Shown here in pieces: positions 8,821-18,929 of a stretch of 25,291 bases of DNA. This DNA is from Eremomyces bilateralis CBS 781.70 (taxonomy: Eukaryota): assembly GCA_010015585.1 (NCBI GenBank), contig ML975153.1, one strand, 5' to 3'. Every line of letters begins with the position of its first letter. Within the stretch, counting starts at the first letter, position 1. The position numbers and the translations under genes are program-made. Below the pieces are notes generated by a model, which saw nothing but the letters and a program-made list of their open reading frames with translations, searched no databases and was not told the origin of the DNA.

Positions 8821-11800
8821 TGACTGGTGACTGGTGACAGAGCGCAGAGGAGCACAGACGACGATCCGACGGGTAGTAGCAAAGCCTTAAAAAGATGGTG
8901 GGAATTGGCCGTTGCCCATTGGGATTTGGGATCAGATGGGTCATGGACAGCACGCCAGCACCAGGATCGTCGGCAAGCCATGAGCCAGTCCATCAATCGT
9001 CCGTCATCCAGATTCCAGATTCCAGAACGGTCTCGCGCCCACGCATCAATGGCGTCCGCTAATACGGCCTGTACAGAGCCGAGAAATATTTCAAGTTTCA
9101 ACCATCCAATGATCCAATCTATTCGTCTCCCACCATTGTCACAACACACCAAGAGCTCCGTCGTGGCGTCTTCTTGTTGATGTTATGATTTCCCTTGGAC
9201 CCCACCCTACCTCGACGATTGGACTTTGTCATTTTTAGTTTGAAGGGGGGACTAGGCACCTAGCTGATAGCTCGAGAGAATGAGCGATAGTGCGGGATAT
9301 GGGCCTAGTCGCCGAGACGGGAGGGGGTCTCGCGATCCGGACGGGTTAAACTTTAAAGGCGCGGGCACTTAATTAGTCTTGGACGGTAGAGGGTTCGAGA
9401 CGAAAGAATGGTTACGACTCCATACGTGTACCGAAGCTGGAGAGTACACAGTGCACGGTGTCTATGTGGCTAACATAGTATGTCCTATGGTGCTATGGAA
9501 TATTACCCATGGTCTATTATTATTTAATATTTATTACCACCGGATAGACCAGCTCCAGCATAGCATGCATTCGATAGAAGTCGGAAATATGGATGGAGAC
9601 TCAGAGAGCACACCAGTAGTACAGAACGGATAAATGTCAAACGAGTTTCTCCCCTACCGATGACATGTCAGATAATTACCGGAAACAGAGAAAGATAGGT
9701 CGACCCTGCAAACTCCATATTAACGGCGTCGCAACGTGCAGCCGCTCGATCGTTCCGCAACCATTTATCCGACCTGCAGCCATCCGCCCCATCGACCCTC
9801 CCCTTGCTCCTCACTCGTACCGCTCCCGATCCACCAACCAATGCAAGGGGGCATCGGAGAGGAAAAGCACAATTCCGCAAGGTACGTGCAGGAACATTTT
9901 CGCCGGCCGGGAATTTGGACCTGTGGTGACCTGTCCGTGTTGGTAGCGAGTCCTCCCACGTACACCGCATGAAATGGATCAACAGCGGTCGACGCGAGGA
10001 AGACACGGAGGAATGGGAATGGGTGAAGGAGCTGATGATCGAACGAGGCGACCGATGGGACGGCAAATGCAGGGAAGAGAGGCAGACCACGTTGGGTTTC
10101 GTTTCGACTTTCGAGGCCGTTCCTCAGGTTTTATCGCGAATATTCACGTCGCTGCATCTAACGGTGAAGAAACAGGGCATGTCCATGGCCGTCAAGCCGG
10201 GATGAGTGGATGACGACCGCAGAGTTGCAGACGGCGAAGATTGTCAGAATGCCAGCAAGATGGTCTGGAATCCTGGAATCTGGGTGGATCGGCAGGCGAG
10301 ACTTGTCGCTTTGGAATCTTCTATGCTGCGGATCGTCGGTCCAGAGTCTAGAAGCCTAATAGAGTAATATTAAGGAAGAGTGAAAGGGAGCATGTTATCC
10401 ATATTTCTTGCTTCATTTCCTTGAGACACTCATTATGGCCAGAAGAAACTGAAACCATACTTCAAGGGTATGATACCATCGCCAGTTACAAACGAACCTT
10501 TAGTCCAACAACCAACTCCAACGTGTCAATTCCTCCGAGAGCCATCCCACATATTTGGGTCCTCGCCCGCGCAAGCACGCATCACACAGGATATACGTGT
10601 CGCTTCTCATCTTGCTCGGTGGCGGAGGAAGCCACCGTCGGATGCTTTTTTCCATGCACCTCTTACTCTCCTGGGCAGCTTCTCCGGAGCACCGCATCCC
10701 GTAATCTCAGGGACTGCTTAAACGTCGCTTTCAATCATTGCGACCAAACAGCGCCATCGAAATCTTATCTGCCGATTTCAAACCAATAATAATGTCGGTG
10801 ATGCCCGTTTAAATCACTCCGACCGATTAGCTGAGTGCACATTGATACGGAGTGTCCGAAGGCACAATTTCGTCTCCCAATGTCAGTCGCCAATCATCCC
10901 ATCATGAACATCGACGAAAAGAACCTGAAATATGGTCGTGGCTGGCTTGAGAGTTCCCACCGGAAAGTAGGAAGCGAACCCGCTCCAGCACCACGGTTGC
11001 CATCATGACGGACGGGATGGAGTTCCGCCGATCTTGGATCATCCGTGCCGGCGTGGGCCTTCGGCTCCGGCGCTCCCCACCGTGACCCTAGGCTGGGGCT
11101 TCAGGTCGCCTACATCTCGACCTCCTCCGGCTCTAATATCGATAAGTAGTTCAATGTACCTTTGATTCTTCATCACTTGCACAATGACAAACCAGCGATC
11201 GAACCGATCGAACCCGTCTCACCGTGCTGACGGCCTCCAACCAGGTTCTCCGCACGCAACCCCGTCCCCAGCTGTCATCAACGCATCGGATGACCCACCA
11301 TCAGTTCCTGACCCATGCTCTTGGCCTGAATACCCCGAGTCCCCGACTACTATGTAAATCGCGCTCACTTCTGGGTGAGTAATATTATTGGATCCCGGTT
11401 AGAATGAAGATTGGCTCGCGAGTCGAGGAGAACTCAGCGGTCGGTCGCCCTGGGAATCCGTAGTTGTGGTGGGATTGTAGGGGATTATGGCGGACGGTAT
11501 CAGCGGTGAAATCGCTTCATTTCCGTTGGATCAACCAAGTATTGTTTTCAGTATGTAAGTGGTCTGAGTGGCGTGCATGCTGCAGGAAGTTCTTTATGCT
11601 CAGCTTTGTTTATTTGTATACCATGGCGCATATCAGAAGGTCTTCGGATGGGTAGGGCTGGGGAGTTCTGTAATCTATTCAGGGTGCTAACGTCATGCCA
11701 AATTCCCATTCTTTGGTTCTAATGATAGCGATATTCTGCGTCGAGCACTTCCTACTCTAGAAAATTCACGTTATTACTACCGTATAGAGGATTATCTACC

Positions 11801-12099
11801 CTTCAAGCTTTTAATCCCAGGATGGGGACATTATCTGGCCGGAAGTCCTTCTCTAACAAGTGCGTGGCCATACCAGGCAATTCCAATGGGCGCCAAATTG
11901 ATAAAGTCGGACGCCTGGCGATCTCATTGCATGATGTAGTTTGCCAATTCGTCCCGTATCGGGACACAAAGGTGCCCGATCAACCATTCTTCCAAAGCAG
12001 GAATATTCCAAGGTGGACCTCGTTGGTTACGATCCAACAATCTCGATCTGGGAGGTTGGAGGACTCACTTCCGTCTGCAACACGTGTAAGTAGCTCCTC

Positions 12100-12579
12100 C
12101 TAGCAACGTCCCCAACTGCGGCCGGATACCTTCGCGCCCCCTGTCTTCTTCCCGTGTATACTGTTTCTCCTTGCGACCTCGTAGTTCGCGGACGGTAGCG
12201 GCGGGGATGGACTCGGTTCTCTGCTCGCGGCGCGACTACATCCCGCCGATGAGAAACCGAAGGGGTCTGTCCGCTCCGGCACGCGGTCGCTCAACCAGGA
12301 GTAGTATAAGTTTCTCTTGAGGCTCTGCTCGGAGATGGCGACTGAGTCGCTGTGCTGGATGTTCTCTGTTGAACTGTGGTTGTTCTGATCTGGAGGATTA
12401 CGAGAGTTGGCTTGCTTGGGGGAAGTATGCTCGGCCTTGTCGAGCGGAATATCCAGCTCGCGGAGAGGCTGAGCCGAGGGTTTCGGGTACGTGACCTCGA
12501 GGAGTATATGATGAGTGTGGCTTTCAGACTCGACAGTGTCGACCCTCAAGTTTGCGTGGTGGTCGACAATGAATGTCAT
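12100..12579 (-). CDS. Small hypothetical protein (159 aa)
   Basis: ATG with A at -3, preceded by a C/A-rich leader (acaccacaccatcatcaccacaattataact) and a TATAAT about 80 nt upstream. The composition is protein-like (HHILLEVTYPKP, EQSLKRNLYYSWLSDRVP). No family recognised. Confidence 0.55.
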   Translation of the reverse strand: MTFIVDHHANLRVDTVESESHTHHILLEVTYPKPSAQPLRELDIPLDKAEHTSPKQANSRNPPDQNNHSSTENIQHSDSVAISEQSLKRNLYYSWLSDRVPERTDPFGFSSAGCSRAASREPSPSPPLPSANYEVARRNSIHGKKTGGAKVSGRSWGRC

Positions 12580-13892
12580 AGTTATAATTGTGGTGATGAT
12601 GGTGTGGTGTTAGTTATCTCTAGAAAGCGAATGACAGGAGGCCAGCAGCCACCCTGATTATATTGGCATCCTCGAGCGGCGGAGCCAATGGCCATTCTGT
12701 GCAATATCGGTCTTGGAACCGTGCGAGAGCCTTCTCGATACTAAATGTCTCCTGACTGTCCGGCACACCGATCCGGGCGCTATCGTGACCTTAACGAGAG
12801 ATGACGAAATCATAAGGCAATCTCGTCGATATCTGTCTAGAATCGACAGTATGTGACTCATAGAGACTTTTCAGTGCGGTACTGGTACGCATGAGTCCTC
12901 CACCAGTATCGAAGTAATGTAACTTTGCCAGTGGTTCCTGAAACAGGATGGAGTTCTTCAAAGTCTTGTATTGTACCCTGAAATGGCTAGACCAATAGAT
13001 CGACATGGGTGAACTTCGGAGGTCAGCTGAGATCACGTTCAAATAACGTAAGCCGACGCTTCCCAACGACAACTTTCTACTCCAAGTTCACACTCACGAT
13101 ACCCAATGGCTTTTTGTTATCTCGTTACGTGCCCGAAATATCCATCGAGGGAGGACGTGGTGCTGTGCTTGTGATCTAACGATCCACCATGCTTCGCGTT
13201 TCGTCTCACCTTTTTCGGCCCCCTGCGTCGGGGAAGTCGCACGATGCAATGAACGCCACGATATGGACAATACGCATTCATTCGAAGATGTTGTGCTCCG
13301 TATTGACGATACGAGTCATAGGAATCTGTGTCCCTGGAGTTAATACTGTTTGTAAAGATTGTTACATTGTTTGGATTCTTACTTCCCGTCTCTGGCTTTT
13401 GGTTTTTCGTACTGCATGCTTCATCGCCAGATACAGTGAATGGATGGTTCTGTCTAGACCTATCCTGGCTCAGGCGACTGTGATACCATGATGAATTAGT
13501 ATTATATCTATTTTGAGATTTGACGCCAAACTCTAGCCTTGGATTTGAGAGAATTCGAAGACGTCGCTTGGATATCAGAGAAGTAGACTCTCCAAAGTGG
13601 TCTTGATGTCCACCAGATGCGTCGGATAGCCCTCCGGCCATCACAAGGAAGACAGCACAAATTTGACATGTCCAGATACACAATTTTCACCGGCGCTATG
13701 CAATAAAACCCTCACAATGCCGGCGCTTGAAACGCAGCAACACGAAGACATGTCACGCTAGACCGAGGAAATAATGACGACAGCAAACCTCCCTTGTTGA
13801 AACAAATATCAAAGCGACAGAACCTCCCATATCAAAAATGACGGACAATTTTCATATCAACACGAAGATGAAATGTGTTGGACCCATGGAGC

Positions 13893-14737
13893 CTAATCCA
13901 ACGACAAAGTCGACAGCTTTGACCGCATGGATTCGTTCTCCTCCCGCAACGATGTGTTCTCTTCCTTCAGCGATGTGTTTTCCTCCTTCATCAGTCCTAG
14001 CTCCTCCAGCTGTTGCTCCAACTCTGCAACCTCTTCGGTTCTGCGGCCGAGCCAATCGGCCGCTGCAACCAACACACCCAACTTGCTCAACCGCACTTGG
14101 CAGTGGCAGTCCGAATCCCTCTCAGGCTCCTTCGGATTGTGCGGCAGAGCCTTTCGCAGTTGTTCCATACCCTGGTTCAAACTGTTGCGGTATTTCTTCT
14201 CGACTTCGGTGTGTGGCTGGCGTCCTCGAGCGGCCCGTGGTAGGGTCGGCACCGCCGGTTCGTCTCGGATTTTTCTAGGTCGACCTCGTTTACGTCTTGG
14301 GGGCTCGACCTCGATGGAAGCCTGGAACGGGTTTGATATCCCCCGGTCGAGGATGTCTGATGATGGAGTTTCGTCGGACTCTTCGAGAGATATCATCCCC
14401 GGATTTTGATCCACGGGGAAGTCGGACGGGGTGGAGTTGTTCCACGAAGGAGCATCGTATTGCACCCAATCTACGGTCTCTGGCGGCAGCTGCTGATCAA
14501 GCTGCAAGTTGTTGACCAGCATCGATGGGTTGTTTAGACTCGACATCCCTTTGCCGAAATTGACATCTCCACTCCATCCCGTATCCAACGGGGTGTCGAA
14601 GAAAGTCTGTGGCAGAAGGGATGCTGCTGGAGTCATTGTCGCCATTTGGTCTCCTCTCATTTGTTCGGCCGTGTAAAATGCTGTGAGTACGGGTCAGTAC
14701 AGCCAAAATCGAAAAACAAAAGACTATACTCACTCAT
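13893..14737 (-). CDS. AT-hook plus SREBP-type bHLH-leucine-zipper transcription factor, soluble (exons 14737-14734 and 14680-13893, 263 aa; alternative start at 14660)
   Basis: AT-hook RRKRGRPRK (14297-14271). Basic region RQPHTEVEKKYRNSLNQGMEQLRKALP carries the SREBP-diagnostic Tyr, followed by helix 2 SKLGVLVAAADWL and a heptad zipper. A canonical intron places ATG-A in frame (MTFYTAEQ-MRGDQ). Confidence 0.88.
13930..13992. repeat. 21-bp tandem repeat x3 encoding zipper heptads (MKEENTS/LKEENTS/LREENES)
   Basis: Plus-strand units: gattcgttctcctcccgcaac, gatgtgttctcttccttcagc, gatgtgttttcctccttcatc. Confidence 0.85.
14681..14733 (-). other. Predicted spliceosomal intron (53 nt) at the 5' end of the bHLH gene
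   Basis: Minus strand shows a GTGAGT donor, T-rich tract, ACTGAC branch site and CAG acceptor. Confidence 0.8.
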
Positions 14738-17700
14738 GATTCATAGGGATCATCTTCGGAACGGAATTGAGACAGACACAAAAATTGAAGAGAGGCTTTG
14801 ATATAGGATGCAAGGCTCAGGGTCTGTTGGGTCCGCGACGTCAACACTTCGTAAACTGACGTTAATATACTTCTCGAACCCCATGCTCGGAAAGGAACGA
14901 AAAGCTCCCTGAACTGGTTCATGGATTCGATTCCCAAGGTCGCAGTTTTATCCCGTGCCCTTCCAAACGGCGCATTCAACCATGGTAAATCCACCCAGTT
15001 GCCTATCAGAGCCAAATTCAATCAACCCTCCACCCGTCCTTCTCCGAATAGCACAAATGGTCGTACACCCATTCAGCATAATAAGCTTGAATCTAGTTTC
15101 GAACTGCAAGGTACCCATTGCAGCACCATTTCGGGTCACCTTCGACTTGCATACGGGGATTGCATGGTCTGGCTTGTATGCAGTGTGCGATGGAAGTTGG
15201 GCTGAATCCAACCATGTTGACTTCGTAGTGGCCGCGCCGGAACAGGAAACTCGCTAGACGGTAGTCCCTAATCAGGATTCTATATTACCAAAGATGCTGG
15301 TTAGTAACCAGTTACTGTCCGGAATCCTCGTTGTAGGCTATGGTTCAATTGGCTGCGATATAACATAGTAATACATCTACCCCGTACAATCGACAGGCTC
15401 CATGGTTTGGCTACTTCGGTCAGTTGTGTGGGACCTCCTATTCCTTCGACCAAATAAAAGCTCGATTCGTCAATTCTTCCCTACAGATGCATCCATCGGC
15501 TGGTCGACTAGTCTCACTGAACCGAATAGTTACTCTCAGGTTGGAGCCCGAGCCGTGACTTAGCGACTCCTTTCCCCGAAACTGCTCTGTAAAAATAAGA
15601 TTTGAGATGGCAATGTCCGTTCCTTCAGGGTGCAATGGCGTCGGTATAAAGTCATTGCAGGTCTAGACTCTCAATTTCCCTTTTCAATTTCCCTTCTTCC
15701 GGAGTTATCCTTCTGGATTCTAATCACAACTGGTTGACTGTTGTCAATAGGGCGCGAGCCCTCTCTTGGTAGCTGGTTATCTTTATAGTCCAGGTACCAT
15801 ACCTAGTTACAAACCTGCCTACGGTACTGCCAGGATCTGCATATCCGCGGTACAATCTTCTCAACTTGCGTGCTCGACCACAGAGAGCGAAGTAGTGATG
15901 TGGTTGTCTGCCAACGGAAGATCATCGATCCTGCACAGAATGTCTCTTCGCAGTATGGTCTATCTGGGTGGAATAAACTGAATACCCAGCCTCTGGTGGC
16001 TTGGGGCAGCAGAAAGGGTATTTTAAGTACTTTCGCCCCTGATCGACGGTCGATCCCCGACGCCTTCTCTTCATTTTTGGCTCCAAGCACTGCGAAATTT
16101 AAGCCTCAGAACAGATTTCGAACTTTGCGGAGAGCACCAAATGTCCCGCTACGACTAGAGACAATGCCAATGTGATCCCTCTAGCGGATGGTTTCATTGG
16201 TAAGATGATCCACTCGTGAGAACCTGTGGGACTTCAATCGGTTTGCCAATAGTTCACGACACGTCCATGTTCTTCGAACCCTCAAATCCAAGGATGCAGT
16301 CTTAGTTACTAGGCCCCCCGCTTCGCATACAATGTGAGAGACTGGACCTGATCCAAACCTGCATTTTTCCGATCGAGCATATTCGAATCGTCTCCGTGGC
16401 CGTCTAGTACGCCCATTTCGAGTCGGTCGTACCGCCTAAAGACGGGCACTATGAAATCGACTGGAAGGATACGTTTCATTCAACGTACTTGTGCCATTCG
16501 CTGCGCTCTGTATCAATGCAAGGTATCACTCGGGAGAGGGGGGTTGAAAGAAAGCTTTTTGGTGGTGCAAGGTAGGGTACTGACTACATCTCGGACCTTG
16601 GATTCCCCAAATATGCACCCGACGAGCTGGCTCACGCTAACTCACATTCTGACTTTGTCACTAACCGCTTGCTTAGATTCGTAGTGAGCTGAGCCTACAC
16701 CCATGTTTTCGAAATCTCCTTTATCCATTCCATTCTCGATGAGCCGTGGGCCTGTGGTCAATTGAGAAGCTTAATCTGGAGAAGGCCGCCGAACTCAGAC
16801 GGCACATGGGAAAGACAAACTTTTCCTACTACATGTGCCTCCCTTATGCTGTACATTAGGCCGTAAGGGGTGGGTTTGTCGAAGCATAGCACTGATTTGA
16901 TCGGCATATCGCCCGCAGAAGAGGCCGCGTGGTATCCGAGTCTTCATCGCGGAGCTAGAACTAGGCGACGGAGTATGCCTTTTGCTCCTTGACACCTGAG
17001 ATCCTCTCGCTTTAACGTCCTGACAGACACTTGTTTAGCGCCTGTGGGTTTCCCATGCTACCACGATAGGTAGTTCCGGTTTATTGGCTTCGTCGGAGCG
17101 GAGACTCTCCACCAGGTCGATAGTGTTAACCAGACCTGTGTTCAGTGAACTGTGGGCGCGACATGAATGAAGAGGCCACGACCCACGGCTAATCCCCTTT
17201 AGCTACCCCGCAGTCCCATTGACTAGTAACGGGGCTAGATCCTCACATTGCGCATGCTCGCGCGGATAATGTCCACCCGAACAGTGAATCACCACTAAAT
17301 GTCCATCTACAAATAATTCAGAACTAGTCCATCATAGGTAAGAAGTACCCTTATAGAATACTTCTCGTGTTCTTATTGATCTATACTATATGGCCTAAAT
17401 TTCTAATAATGTATACATCGCTGACCAGCTTACAGACACCCCAATGGATATCCTGCACCCCTGAATTGGACTATCCCTCACTACTAAATAACCCACTGAA
17501 ACTTCCGTGATCAAGTATATTCCTGTTGAGCCGAAGTGCTGCCCACACTTTGGCCATTCGCTAGCAAGAGTCCGGAAGAAACCCATATACCGAAGTGGGT
17601 TGAATTCGAAAAGAGTTAGACGACCAATGGCCGGTACTAGTTTACCAGTGTATGGAGGGGTTTGAAGACATCTTCAGGCTGCGGTGTATAAGAAACCGCG

Positions 17701-18017
17701 AGACACTGGCCTGGAACGATGCCAGCCGACGCCAGCCGTGTTCGCGAGCTGCTAGACTTCCAGGGTTGACTTCATGAGTTCCCTGATTTCAACTCGTGGT
17801 AAACCTGCATCTTTCTAAACCACGGCAAACTCCTGCGGCAGATACACTGGGTACTGTGCGGCTGCGGATCCTAATTGGCTCGCTGCCAGACTACAACGCG
17901 CTCATTGGTGAGTGCCAGCAACAGGAGTGTTCAGGAGAGCAAGTCTCAAAGAGATCGTCGCCTTCTGTGCGATTCTCTGAAGACTTTGCATCGTCTTGAT
18001 GGCATCCTACCAAGGCT

Positions 18018-18929
18018 TCATCCGTGGCTACCCGTTGTGTGGTGTAGAACTCTGGACCATCCGACTAGGCGCAATATCCGGCTCAGTGAACTCCGGCTCA
18101 GGATATGCCCTGTCGATTCCAGCGCATCGTGACCTATCGACTGAGGTGCACCGTGATATATCGATCCAGACCTGTCGTGGCTTATCGATTGAGGTGCATC
18201 GTGACCTATCGATACAGGGGAAATGTGTCCCGTTGGCCCAGCCGCATTGTCTATTGTCGATCCAGCGGGACTAGTTCGTCGCCCCTCGTGTGAAGTAGCT
18301 CTCCTTGTTGCGGTGCTGCTTTCTCCGTTCGTTTTCAACCACGGCAAGACGTTTCGATGGCACAAAGGGCAGAAGTCATGAAATCCTTTGAACCAGTGGT
18401 CAAAACACGCCCTATGATAGAGGTGTCGGCAGCTCAAGGCTCGGATCAACTGCGAGCTCTCAATCGGTTCAAGACAGATGACACTGTAATCGAACCAGTC
18501 AAAATGTTTGAATAAACTTAAAGTCCCTGCTTTTCACGTACCAGACTTGATCTTCCAGGTCAACTTTCGAAAGCTCCGGGTGGCTTTTTCGTTCATGCTT
18601 ATACCAGTCTTCGAACAGTTCTGGTCGAGCTGCACGGTCTAGTTGCCGGAGGCGCTTTTTCAGAAGCCTCTCCCTGACCTTCACCGGATTGTCCCGTATC
18701 CTAGACGCATACGCCGCAATGCTTCTGACGTAACCAGTCAACTCAATGCACTTACAGCCTCTGACTTTTGCAGAACTCACAGTATCACCACAATAAGGAA
18801 CGCGAGCCCAACAAGCGCACCCATAGCTACTTGGGGAGCTAGCCCTACACTCGCTGACGGCATTGAAGGTATTGAAGGCCACTGCGTAAAGTTGTATACA
18901 CTGGGCTCCGGGTTATTTGAAACAGACAT
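18018..18929 (-). CDS. Single-pass membrane RING-H2 E3 ubiquitin ligase (ATL-like architecture), exons 18929-18781, 18724-18542, 18483-18018, 265 aa
   Basis: ATG at 18929 (CCAAA-ATG). The spliced product has a transmembrane segment VAMGALVGLAFLIVVILSIAAYA, a basic juxtamembrane helix RERLLKKRLRQLD, and a complete RING-H2 CVICLEPIESSQLIRALSCRHLYHRACFDHWFKGFHDFCPLC whose first Cys codon is formed across intron 2. Confidence 0.9.
18100..18267. repeat. Degenerate 24-bp tandem repeat (~7 units; core 4 units at 18124-18219) encoding 8-aa His-containing repeats
   Basis: Core units on plus: gcatcgtgacctatcgactgaggt, gcaccgtgatatatcgatccagac, ctgtcgtggcttatcgattgaggt, gcatcgtgacctatcgatacaggg. Protein on minus: AGPTGHIS PVSIGHDA PQSISHDR SGSIYHGA PQSIGHDA LESTGHIL. 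Confidence 0.85.
18484..18541 (-). other. Predicted intron 2 (58 nt) of the RING-H2 gene
   Basis: GTACGT donor, TTGAC branch-like site, TACAG acceptor. Excision creates the TGT codon for the first RING Cys. Confidence 0.88.
18725..18780 (-). other. Predicted intron 1 (56 nt) of the RING-H2 gene
   Basis: GTGAGT donor, TTGAC branch-like site, CAG acceptor. Excision completes the hydrophobic helix in frame. Confidence 0.82.

Noticed and set aside
12658..13690. Chain of minus-strand ORFs (188, 93, 67 aa) that might be a fragmented gene
   Set aside because: Mostly non-ATG starts, no domain motif, and no convincing splice signals linking them.
14915..14950. GGATTCGATTCCC followed by a T run, resembling a tRNA T-arm
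   Set aside because: The T-stem does not pair properly and no acceptor, D or anticodon arm can be built.
17200..17238. Hairpin CCCCG..AGTC-CCATT-GACT..CGGGG followed by CTAG, resembling a Helitron 3' end
   Set aside because: The stem is short and bulged, the CTAG abuts the stem rather than lying about 10 nt downstream, and no Rep/helicase remnant is visible.
18100..18267. Regularly spaced repeats resembling a CRISPR array
   Set aside because: The units are contiguous 24-mers without unique spacers, lie in a coding frame in a eukaryotic genome, and have no cas genes nearby.
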